Shown: one piece after another, positions 8,109 to 17,104 of the stretch
How the letters are laid out: every line of letters begins with the position of its first letter
Numbering within the stretch: the stretch's first letter is position 1
Origin: Candidatus Dojkabacteria bacterium
GTDB lineage: Bacteria > Patescibacteriota > Dojkabacteria > SC72
Reading direction: 5' to 3'
Assembly: GCA_040767225.1 (NCBI GenBank)
Contig: JAXGOY010000003.1
Span: 2,031-66,030 of the forward strand
Length of the DNA stretch: 64,000 nucleotides
Translations under genes and position numbers: made by a program
The notes under the pieces: model-generated
Database searches by the model: none
Told to the model about the DNA's origin: nothing
What the model saw: only the letters and a program-made list of their open reading frames with translations

Positions 8109-9707
8109 ATGAATCTGAATTTGGATAACATCCATAAGGTAGTCTGCCTTGGTATAGGCGGTGGAGATCTTTCCTACATTTCTAAATTTCTTTTCTACTT
8201 AGATATAGAGGTTGAAGGATTTGATATTGCTGTTAATGAAAGGATAAAAGAGTTAGAAAGACTTGGAGTAAATATACATCACAGGAATCCTGAAGGAAAA
8301 CTTCCTCAAACCGATTTAGTTATATATTCCGATGCACTTCCAGATAACCTTTTGCAGGAACTTAAGAGAGAAAATGAAGGTGTGAGATTTATAGAAGTTG
8401 GTAGAATTAAGAGGTTTTTGGCTGATGCATATGAAAGTAACACTTTAACAAAAAAACAGTTACAAGCTATTAAAAAAGCAGATATATTTCCTTTGTACTC
8501 ATTTAAACCAAGAGGTATGAAACTGATTGGTGTTACAGGTACTGATGGTAAAACAACGGTTGTTTCAATGCTTCATCATATGTTGCTTAAAAGTGGGTTT
8601 AGACCTGCAATGATTAGTACAGTAGGAAGTAAAATTGTTAGAAAGCATACAAGTACTGGTTTACATGTTACTACTCCATCATCTCATGAAATATATGAAA
8701 GTTTATTGTTAATGCAAAAAAGAAGATGTACACATGTCATTATTGAATGTACCTCTCAAGGGCTATATATGGGAAGAGTCGCAGGGCTGAAATTTGATGT
8801 AGCAGTATATACAAATATTACAAGGGATCATCTGAAATATCATAAAACATGGAATAACTATGCCTTAGCAAAATCTCTTTTAATTACACAAAATCTTAAA
8901 AAAGGAGGATATGTAGTTTTAAATAAAGATGATGCAAAAAGTTTTAACTTCTTAACTGAGTTCACATCAAAATATATTTCATATACTACCTCTAAACATA
9001 ACACAGATACAAATGCTGTTAAAGCTTACAATATAAAGGAGAGTCCAGAGGGTATTTCATTTATGATAGATGGTAAAAAGTATGTAATTCCTGTAATTGG
9101 AAAATACAATGTAAGTAATGCTTTAGCAGCAATTTCAACATTAAAAGTTTTAGGAGTGGATGATAAAAATATGAATACACTTTTAAAAGATTTTTCTTCT
9201 GTGCAGGGGAGAATGAATGTTTTACAAAAAGAGCCCTTTATGATAATAGTTGATTTCGCACATACTCCTAATGCACTAAAGAGTGCTTTAGAGAGTGCAA
9301 GTAAGCTTAAGAAAAAGAACTCTAAAATTATACTTGTATTTGGTTGTGCATCCAAAAGAGATGATTACAAAAGACCAATTATGGGGGAATATGCAAAGAA
9401 ATATGCAGATATTACAATTTTGACTGCTGAAGATTGTAGAATGGAGAGTTTAAAAAAGATAAATGATGAAATTGAGAAAGGATGGAAAGAGTATCAAACA
9501 AATGAAAAAAGACAATTAATTAGATTTGATGATGATACACATAATATTAAGGTACGCAGAGATGCTATCAAGAAAGCCATATCCTTAGCTAGCAGTGGAG
9601 ATATTGTTTTAATAACTGGAAAGGGGCACGAAAGAAGTTTATGTTTTGGTTTGAAAGAGTATGAATGGAGTGATATTGCTGAGATAAAAAAACTGATAAG
9701 GAGATAA
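8109..9707 (+). CDS. Mur ligase; MurE-type central/C-terminal domains with MurC/D-type N-terminal Rossmann domain
   Basis: N-domain VVCLGIGGGDLSYISKFL...VEGFD...DLVIYSDALPDN matches the MurC/MurD N-domain. P-loop GVTGTDGKTT. HVTTPSSHEI..., IIECTSQGL, DVAVYTNITRDHLKYHKTWNNYALAKSLL and VFGCASKRDDYKRPIMG match MurE. Confidence 0.7.
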   Translation: MNLNLDNIHKVVCLGIGGGDLSYISKFLFYLDIEVEGFDIAVNERIKELERLGVNIHHRNPEGKLPQTDLVIYSDALPDNLLQELKRENEGVRFIEVGRIKRFLADAYESNTLTKKQLQAIKKADIFPLYSFKPRGMKLIGVTGTDGKTTVVSMLHHMLLKSGFRPAMISTVGSKIVRKHTSTGLHVTTPSSHEIYESLLLMQKRRCTHVIIECTSQGLYMGRVAGLKFDVAVYTNITRDHLKYHKTWNNYALAKSLLITQNLKKGGYVVLNKDDAKSFNFLTEFTSKYISYTTSKHNTDTNAVKAYNIKESPEGISFMIDGKKYVIPVIGKYNVSNALAAISTLKVLGVDDKNMNTLLKDFSSVQGRMNVLQKEPFMIIVDFAHTPNALKSALESASKLKKKNSKIILVFGCASKRDDYKRPIMGEYAKKYADITILTAEDCRMESLKKINDEIEKGWKEYQTNEKRQLIRFDDDTHNIKVRRDAIKKAISLASSGDIVLITGKGHERSLCFGLKEYEWSDIAEIKKLIRR

Positions 9708-9726
9708 TTCTATTGTATAATAACAT

Positions 9727-12333
9727 ATGGAATTTGATATAAAACAAACCCCAATGATGGATCAGTACCTGAAATTTAAGAAGCAGTATCCTGATAAGAT
9801 AGTGCTTTTTAGAATGGGGGATTTTTTTGAAACATTTGGACAAGATGCAAGAATAACATCTAAGGTACTTAACATTACACTTACTTCAAGGGATAAGAAC
9901 AGTAACCCTACTCCACTTGCAGGATTTCCTCATAAGGCAATTGATCAGTATCTTCCTAAACTTGTTCATGCTGGGTACTGTGTAGTTATTGTTGATCAGC
10001 TTGAAGATCCAAGGTTAGCAAAAGGTATTGTAAAAAGAGGAGTTACAAGGATAGTTACTCCAGCTACTATTGATGATTCTGAATCTATAAAAAGCAGCTA
10101 TATGTGTTCCTTTGTTAAGCTAAAAAATGAATTAGCTGCTTGTGTTTGTGATATGTCTACTGGGGATTTGTTTTGGATATATACAAAATATAGTGAAAAG
10201 AGTATTGAGAGTATTCTTTCTTCTTTTGATCCAGTTGAGATATTACTTTTAGAAGATGAAAAAGAGCTGGAGTTTTCTTCTCTGCCTGTTCAATTTTTAA
10301 CAAAAGGACTTAAAAATATTAAATATTGTGAGGAGTTAATTAAAGATTTCTTTAAGGTATCTGATATGCACTCACTTGGTTTGGAAGAAAATGTAGCAGC
10401 AATGTGTGCTGTTGCAATGGTTCTTTATTATATTCAAGATACTCAGTTGATGGAGCCTGCACATATTAAAAAACCAAAAAGGAGAAATCTTAATTCAAGT
10501 ATGGTACTGGATAGGGCAACAATAAAGAATTTAGAGTTGGTAGCGAGCTCATATACAGGTTTAGTATCTGGTTCTCTTTTTTCTGTGATAGATGGTACTT
10601 CAACACAAATGGGAAAGAGAATGCTCTATTCATGGGTACTAAACCCTTTGATTGATAAAAAGGATATAGATGGAAGATTGGATATTGTTGAGTTATTTTT
10701 TAATAATAGAGAAGCACTAAGTAAAACAAAAGAACTGCTTTCAAATGTAAATGATATTAGTAGAATAGCTGGAAAGATAGGGTTAAGAAGAGCGAATGGA
10801 AGAGAGTTAAAAGGGTTACAGATATCTTTGGAGAATATATCAAAATTAAGAACTATTCTGTTAGAAATCCCTGAAATATTAAAAGAGCTTGATAAATATG
10901 ATTCTCTCTTAAATGAAGTTATTAAAAAAATAGATGATTGTATTGTAGATGCTCCTCCTCTTACACTTCTTGAAGGAGGTATTATTAAATCTTCATACAA
11001 TTCTGAAATTAAAGAGTTAAGAGAGCTAAGTGGAGATAGTAAAGGATGGATAAAAGAATTTGAAGAAAAAGAGAAAAAGAGTACAGGGATTAGTAGTCTT
11101 AAAATTGGGTTTAATAAAGTGTTTGGCTATTATATTGAAGTAACTAAAGCTCATCAAGAGAAAGTTCCTGAGAGATATATAAGGAAACAGACATTAGTTA
11201 ATAGTGAGAGATATATAACAGAAGAGCTTAAACAAAAAGAGGATATTATACTAAATGCCCAAGAGAGATTAAATGAGTTAGAATATGAGCTGTTTACTGA
11301 GTTTAGAGACTCTTTAATGAAATATATACCAGAGCTTCAAAGTTTGTCCGAATATATTTCCGAAATTGATATACTCTCTGGATTTGCAAAAATTGCGATA
11401 GAAAGAGATTACTGTAAACCTGTTATTTATAATATGGGAGAAGAGAATGGAATAATTGAGATAAAATCAGGCAGACATCCCATTGTTGAAATCTTAAATG
11501 AGGGTGAGTTTATTTCCAATGATACATATATTGATTTTGATAATCATCTTATATCTATACTAACAGGTCCTAATATGTCAGGGAAGTCTACATATATAAG
11601 GCAGGTAGCTTCTTTAGTTTTGCTTGCACAGATAGGATGTTTTGTTCCTGCTAAGGGTATGAAGTTATCAATTGTTGATAGAGTATTTACAAGGGTTGGT
11701 GCATCAGATGACCTAGCACGAGGAAGAAGTACTTTTATGGTTGAAATGGATGAGGCTGCAAACATTGTAAATAGTGCAACAAAGTACAGTCTTGTTGTTC
11801 TTGATGAGATAGGAAGAGGTACAAGCACATATGATGGTGTAAGTATTGCGTGGGCATTAGCTGAGTATTTGGCAGATGACCTTAAAGTAAGAACTCTTTT
11901 TGCAACACACTATCACGAGCTTCTTAAACTAGCTGAGAAGTTTCCTGATAAAGTTAAAAATTACAATGTACTAGTTGAAGAAGATTTAGATGAAGGTACG
12001 GTAATATTTCTAAGAAAGATTGTTGAAGGGGGAACAGATAGAAGCTATGGAATATATGTTGCTAAAATGGCTGGACTTCCAGAGAAGGTTATTAAAAGAG
12101 CAAATGAGATATTAGAAGGTTTTGAGCAGGAGAAAATGTTTTCAAAGGAAGGAAATGTAGGTAATCATAGCATTGAGGTAAAAGAGAAGGAGAAAATACA
12201 AAGTACATATCAGCTCCCATTGTTTCTTGCTAAAGAGTCTGAAATAGAAAGAGAAATTCAATCTCTTAATGTTGATGACCTTACTCCACTTGAAGCATTA
12301 AATAAAATAAATGAATGGAAGAAAAAGATTTAA
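9727..12333 (+). CDS. mutS: DNA mismatch repair protein MutS
   Basis: N-terminus MMDQYLKFKKQYPDKIVLFRMGDFFETFGQDA (mismatch-binding domain), Walker A TGPNMSGKSTYIRQ, DEIGRGTSTYDG, 868 aa. Confidence 0.95.
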   Translation: MEFDIKQTPMMDQYLKFKKQYPDKIVLFRMGDFFETFGQDARITSKVLNITLTSRDKNSNPTPLAGFPHKAIDQYLPKLVHAGYCVVIVDQLEDPRLAKGIVKRGVTRIVTPATIDDSESIKSSYMCSFVKLKNELAACVCDMSTGDLFWIYTKYSEKSIESILSSFDPVEILLLEDEKELEFSSLPVQFLTKGLKNIKYCEELIKDFFKVSDMHSLGLEENVAAMCAVAMVLYYIQDTQLMEPAHIKKPKRRNLNSSMVLDRATIKNLELVASSYTGLVSGSLFSVIDGTSTQMGKRMLYSWVLNPLIDKKDIDGRLDIVELFFNNREALSKTKELLSNVNDISRIAGKIGLRRANGRELKGLQISLENISKLRTILLEIPEILKELDKYDSLLNEVIKKIDDCIVDAPPLTLLEGGIIKSSYNSEIKELRELSGDSKGWIKEFEEKEKKSTGISSLKIGFNKVFGYYIEVTKAHQEKVPERYIRKQTLVNSERYITEELKQKEDIILNAQERLNELEYELFTEFRDSLMKYIPELQSLSEYISEIDILSGFAKIAIERDYCKPVIYNMGEENGIIEIKSGRHPIVEILNEGEFISNDTYIDFDNHLISILTGPNMSGKSTYIRQVASLVLLAQIGCFVPAKGMKLSIVDRVFTRVGASDDLARGRSTFMVEMDEAANIVNSATKYSLVVLDEIGRGTSTYDGVSIAWALAEYLADDLKVRTLFATHYHELLKLAEKFPDKVKNYNVLVEEDLDEGTVIFLRKIVEGGTDRSYGIYVAKMAGLPEKVIKRANEILEGFEQEKMFSKEGNVGNHSIEVKEKEKIQSTYQLPLFLAKESEIEREIQSLNVDDLTPLEALNKINEWKKKI

Positions 12334-13025
12334 TATCGTAAAGTATATCCATAACCATATCTTGTTTTAAGAAAATCATATCCTGTTTGTATAACAACTT
12401 TTCTTCTTAATCTGTTTATACCTACAATAATACTTTTCTTTGATATGAGCCTGCCAGAAATTGTTGAAAAATATTTTGTAAAATCATCAGTATTACAAGC
12501 TCCTGAGTGAGTAAATAAATAGTTAAGAAAAATTGATTCACATTGTGTAAGTAAAACTTTTGTATTTTTAATGTACATTACCCTACTTTCTTGCACATAT
12601 GTAATATATTGAAATGTAAGTGCAGTTATATCTGTTATAGGTTTACAATTAAGTACTTTATTTATTCTGCACTCTATACTTTTATCTGAGTCATCTTGAA
12701 ATACAAAATCACACAATCCATTTGATATGCACTCTTGAACTATTTCTTTTTGTTGTGGAAGTACTGCAAATGTCTTTTGGTTTATATCTTTGCATTTAGA
12801 TATTACACCAAGGGTGTCTCTTGAGAATGGAGAAATATTAAGGCAAACAAGATCAAAGCTCTTTTGTTTAATAATGAGCTTGGCATTGCTATAGTCTGTT
12901 ACTTTAATGAAAGAAAATTGATTTGGGTACTTCTCTAGTACTCTTGATATCTTAATCCTGTTTTCGATTAAGAGTATATGTTCTATTTCTCTAAGGAAAT
13001 ATTTTAATGTAACATTGTAGGAATA
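12330..13025 (-). CDS. Atypical OmpR-family regulator (degenerate receiver + winged-helix domain); start codon unresolved
   Basis: Open frame starts immediately after the hisS TAA (same frame). Receiver-like region EHILLIENR...FDLVCLNISP lacks the acidic pocket and the phospho-acceptor Asp. C-terminal trans_reg_C-like wHTH (INRLRRKV...GYGYTLRY). No ATG/GTG for about 100 codons; only an internal TTG at 12716. Confidence 0.4.
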   Translation of the reverse strand, partial: YSYNVTLKYFLREIEHILLIENRIKISRVLEKYPNQFSFIKVTDYSNAKLIIKQKSFDLVCLNISPFSRDTLGVISKCKDINQKTFAVLPQQKEIVQECISNGLCDFVFQDDSDKSIECRINKVLNCKPITDITALTFQYITYVQESRVMYIKNTKVLLTQCESIFLNYLFTHSGACNTDDFTKYFSTISGRLISKKSIIVGINRLRRKVVIQTGYDFLKTRYGYGYTLRY

Positions 13026-14315
13026 TTAAACTATCTTTTGTATGGAATCTTCTTTCTTAATTAAGAAAGATTTTCCACTATTCATATCTTTAAGTTGGAT
13101 AACTCCCCTTTTTAACTCATCTTCTCCAAGTATTACTACCCATGGAATGTTTTTGCTATTGGCTACTTGAAGTTGTTTAGAGAGTTTGACAGGTGTAATT
13201 TGCATTACTGTATTTATGTTGTTATCTCTTAGGTATGTTGCAACTTCAGCTGTTGGGATATACAAAGAGCTGTCCATAAGGCTTACAAACACTTTTATAT
13301 CACTTTTATACTCAGGTAACAGATTATATTTTTTAAGAAAATCAAAAGTAGTAATATCTCCCCATCCTAAACCAAATGCAGGTATTTTGTTTTCATTAAA
13401 TATCTCAAGTAAGTTGTCATATCTTCCTCCTCCAAACATTGCCCTAGGTGTATCTTTTTGTCCTATATCATAAAGTTCTATTACAGTACCTGTATAATAT
13501 GCAAGACCTCTTACAATATATGGACAAAATACTACATTTGAAATAGAAAGAGCTTTTAATTTTGAGAAAAGCTCAGTAAGTTGTTGAGCACCAATAGACT
13601 CATCTTTTATTTTATCAAGTTTTTGTATATCCCACTTTGTATACTCAATTACTTGAGATACTTGTGTATTATTAAGCCCAATTTCTGCAAGATACTCTTT
13701 AAAATCATTAGCAGACATCTTTAGATAGTTATCCAAAGCCCTCGCTACCTTAACTCTTAATTCTTTTGAAATTTGAAGTGTATCAAAAAGATAATCTAAG
13801 AGATATCGATTACTTACCTTTATTTCAAAGCTGTTTTTAGGAGCATTAAGCTCTTTCATTACATCTAGAGCAAACTGTATTATTTCTACCTCTGCAGTAA
13901 TATCTTGTACTCCTAAGATGTCAATATTTAATTGAAAGAACTCTCTTTTTCTTCCCTTTTGTGGCTTTTCATATCTAAAATATCTCCCAATATTAAACCA
14001 TCTAAGAGGAAATTGTAATTCATTCTTTTTTAATGCAACCATTCTAGCCAAAGAAGGTGTCATTTCAGGTCTTAATGCGATTTCTCTACCACCCTTGTCT
14101 GTAAAGTTGTAAAGCTGGCTTCCACCTAGCTCTTCACCTGATTTAACTCTATAAAGGTTTGCATCTTCAAGTTGTGCAGTATCATACTCTTCATAGCCAT
14201 ATTTTTTTGCGACTTTTGTCCATATATCAAAGAGATAATTTCTTAAAAACATGTCTTTAGGATACCAATCAGTTGTTCCTTTATATGGTTGTTTTGATAG
14301 TATATTGTTTTTCAT
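13026..14315 (-). CDS. hisS: Histidyl-tRNA synthetase
   Basis: Class II aaRS motifs (RPEMTP, FRYEKPQKGRKREFFQ, GGGRYD) and C-terminal anticodon-binding domain (VVILGEDELKRGVIQLKDM). Confidence 0.9.
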   Translation of the reverse strand: MKNNILSKQPYKGTTDWYPKDMFLRNYLFDIWTKVAKKYGYEEYDTAQLEDANLYRVKSGEELGGSQLYNFTDKGGREIALRPEMTPSLARMVALKKNELQFPLRWFNIGRYFRYEKPQKGRKREFFQLNIDILGVQDITAEVEIIQFALDVMKELNAPKNSFEIKVSNRYLLDYLFDTLQISKELRVKVARALDNYLKMSANDFKEYLAEIGLNNTQVSQVIEYTKWDIQKLDKIKDESIGAQQLTELFSKLKALSISNVVFCPYIVRGLAYYTGTVIELYDIGQKDTPRAMFGGGRYDNLLEIFNENKIPAFGLGWGDITTFDFLKKYNLLPEYKSDIKVFVSLMDSSLYIPTAEVATYLRDNNINTVMQITPVKLSKQLQVANSKNIPWVVILGEDELKRGVIQLKDMNSGKSFLIKKEDSIQKIV

Positions 14316-14383
14316 TTTTCAATTATATCATCTTCGCTACTTTATTGAATATTGGAGATAAATAATATATATTAGGAGAGAGT

Positions 14384-17104
14384 ATGAAATATAGTATGAA
14401 TGCATCAAAAGCTAAAAAACAAGGGCGAAGGGTTACATATACAAACAAGCCTATTTCTTTAAGTAACTATAACAGGATAAAGATGTATAGTAGTAAGAAT
14501 GCTGGAAAGAAATCAAAAGGAAAGGTATCAGGGCTAAGTAAAAAGAAAACGAAATCTAACAAGGGGAAAAAGTTTTTATATATATTTCTTGGTGTTTGTT
14601 TTTTTATACTTTGTGCAGGTCTTATTACAGTAGGAATATACCTAAAGAATCTTCAGAACTCTCTTCCATCCCCTGATGAACTTATCTCAAGAAGGTCTGA
14701 TGAGAGTACTAAGATATATGATAGAAATAATGTTTTACTGTATACAGTGTATGGTGATCAAAATAGGGAATTTGTCTCAATAGAGGATATTCCTGAGCAT
14801 ACTAAGTGGGCTGTGCTAGCAGCTGAGGATATTGAATTTTATCAGCACAAAGGTTTGGATTATGCGGGGATAGCAAAAGCTTTGTACCAAAATCTTACAA
14901 AAGGAGAAATTGTAAGAGGTGCAAGTACAATTACTCAACAATTAGTAAAGGGAACACTTCTGTATGATATTCTTGGTGAAGAGGCATATGCACAAACATA
15001 TTCAAGGAAGATTAAAGAGATATTAATTACCATGCAGGTTGAGCAGACTTTTACAAAGGATGAGATTTTGCAGATGTATATGAATGAAATTCCTCTTGGG
15101 GGTGTTAATTATGGTTTTCAGGCAGCTTCAAAAGCATATTTTGGAAAGGATGTAAAAGATCTTACTCTTGCTGAAAGTGCATTAATTGCTGGCCTTATAC
15201 AAAGTCCGGGTATATATTCTCCTCTCTTTGGTACTAAGCCAGAGCTAGCGAAGGTTAGACAGACATATGTACTTGACCAGATGCTTAAGCATAAAGAGTT
15301 AACTGGTGTAACAGAAGAAGAGATTCAAAAAGCTAAGGAGGAGGAATTGGTATATAGAACTGCGAAGATAGATATTAAAGCTCCTCATTTTGTCTTTTAC
15401 ATTAAACAGCTGCTGGAAGATAAATATGGTATTGATAGGGTTGAGAGAGGAGGACTTAAAGTTACTACTTCGTTAGATTATTCTGTTCAGCAGATAGCTG
15501 AAGATGAAGTTACAAAAGGTATATCAAAGAATGGCGTGCCAAGAGGAGTGCATAATGGCGCTGCAGTAGTTATGAATCCGAAAACGGGTGAAGTTCTGGC
15601 GATGGTAGGCTCTGTAGATTTTTGGAATACAACAGACCCAAGAGTAGACGGGAATGTAAATGTTGCGACAAGTGAAAGGCAGTATGGTTCTTCTGCTAAA
15701 CCGTACACATATCTTGCTTCTTTTGGAAAAGGGTTTAGTCCTGGTACACTTGCACCTGATATTCCAATGAGTTTTGGTAAATATGCTCCTAAAGATTGGG
15801 ATGGACAGTTTGAGGGAGTTGGTACACTAAGAAGAAATTTTGGGAGATCCAGAAATGTCTCTGCTGTGTATGTCCTCCAAGCAATTGGTGTTGAGCCATT
15901 GCTTCAATTAACAGAAAAGCTTGGTATTACAACATTAAAAAACAAAGCTAATTATGGATTATCTCTTGCACTTGGATCAGGTGAAATGAAATTGATTGAG
16001 CATACTGCAGCATTTACTGTATTTGCTAATGAGGGTATTAAAAACCCTACAGTAACAATACTTAAAGTAGAAGATTCTAAGGGGAATGTACTGGAAGAGG
16101 CAAAATTTGAAGAGGGTACACGAGTAGTTGATGAAAAAGAAATATATCTTCTTAATTATGTATTGTGTGATTTAGGAGGATTTGGTGACAGATTAGGTAT
16201 AAGCTACTCAAGAGTTAATGGGAAGAATGTATGCTTTAAGACAGGTACAACAGATGGTCCAAGAGATTTAGCTACTATGATGTATCATAAAAACCTTGTT
16301 GTCGGTGTATGGACTGGAAATAATAATAATGCGATTGCAAGAAATGCAACAAGCACTGCGGTACCTCTTCCAATTGCATATGGTATAACAAAAAGACTTG
16401 CTGATGTTTATAAACCAGAGCTATTTACAAGGCCAGCAGGAATAGTATCGACAGCAGTATGTAAGGATACAGGCGGTATACCAGCAGAGGGTGTTACATG
16501 CGATAAAGAGGCCAGTATATATATTGCAGGCCGTGCTCCTCAAACAGATAATAGACAGGTTGTTGAAGTGTGTAAATCAAATGGATTAATTCCTACTAAT
16601 CTAGAGGCTGCAAGGCAGTATGGGCTTGTAGAACAGAAGGTATTGCTTACATTTAAGATAGAAAATAAATTACAACAAGCTACATATGAGAAATATATGA
16701 CTGAGAATGCAGGTTATTTATTTACTATGCCTGAAAGCGGAGAGTGTCCACTACCATTGGGACAGGATAATGCACCAGTAGTTGAGTTAACTAGCCCTGC
16801 TGATGGCAGTGTATTTAAGCAAAGTGATACTATGACAATATCAGGTAGTGTTAGACAGCTTGAAACAATTACTGAGTTTACTATTTCTATTGATGGTGTT
16901 CCGATACCCGGAGTTGCACTTAATGCTGGACAATTTAATGTTACTAAGCCCTTATCATCTGTGTCAGTTGGGAGTCATGTACTGCTTGTTAGTGCAAAAG
17001 ACAACTATGGTAAAATTGGGACAAAATCAATAACATTTAAAGTTGAGCAAGCACCTGTAACCCCTCCTGTTGTTCCTCCTGTGCAAATACCAAATGCTCA
17101 CTAA
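14384..17104 (+). CDS. Bifunctional penicillin-binding protein 1A (glycosyltransferase GT51 + transpeptidase) with C-terminal Ig-like/Pro-rich extension
   Basis: TM anchor. GT51 motifs EDIEFYQHKGLD and GASTITQQLVK. TP motifs SSAKP (SxxK) and KTG. C-terminal beta-sandwich domain and PPVVPPVQIP tail. Confidence 0.9.
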   Translation: MKYSMNASKAKKQGRRVTYTNKPISLSNYNRIKMYSSKNAGKKSKGKVSGLSKKKTKSNKGKKFLYIFLGVCFFILCAGLITVGIYLKNLQNSLPSPDELISRRSDESTKIYDRNNVLLYTVYGDQNREFVSIEDIPEHTKWAVLAAEDIEFYQHKGLDYAGIAKALYQNLTKGEIVRGASTITQQLVKGTLLYDILGEEAYAQTYSRKIKEILITMQVEQTFTKDEILQMYMNEIPLGGVNYGFQAASKAYFGKDVKDLTLAESALIAGLIQSPGIYSPLFGTKPELAKVRQTYVLDQMLKHKELTGVTEEEIQKAKEEELVYRTAKIDIKAPHFVFYIKQLLEDKYGIDRVERGGLKVTTSLDYSVQQIAEDEVTKGISKNGVPRGVHNGAAVVMNPKTGEVLAMVGSVDFWNTTDPRVDGNVNVATSERQYGSSAKPYTYLASFGKGFSPGTLAPDIPMSFGKYAPKDWDGQFEGVGTLRRNFGRSRNVSAVYVLQAIGVEPLLQLTEKLGITTLKNKANYGLSLALGSGEMKLIEHTAAFTVFANEGIKNPTVTILKVEDSKGNVLEEAKFEEGTRVVDEKEIYLLNYVLCDLGGFGDRLGISYSRVNGKNVCFKTGTTDGPRDLATMMYHKNLVVGVWTGNNNNAIARNATSTAVPLPIAYGITKRLADVYKPELFTRPAGIVSTAVCKDTGGIPAEGVTCDKEASIYIAGRAPQTDNRQVVEVCKSNGLIPTNLEAARQYGLVEQKVLLTFKIENKLQQATYEKYMTENAGYLFTMPESGECPLPLGQDNAPVVELTSPADGSVFKQSDTMTISGSVRQLETITEFTISIDGVPIPGVALNAGQFNVTKPLSSVSVGSHVLLVSAKDNYGKIGTKSITFKVEQAPVTPPVVPPVQIPNAH

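Noticed and set aside
12714-12716. TTG start at 12716 proposed by the ORF track for the OmpR-like gene (128-aa product)
   Set aside because: That start would begin the protein in the middle of the receiver-like domain (helix 4/5). The open frame and the receiver-like sequence continue about 100 codons upstream to the hisS stop, so the TTG is unlikely to be the true start.
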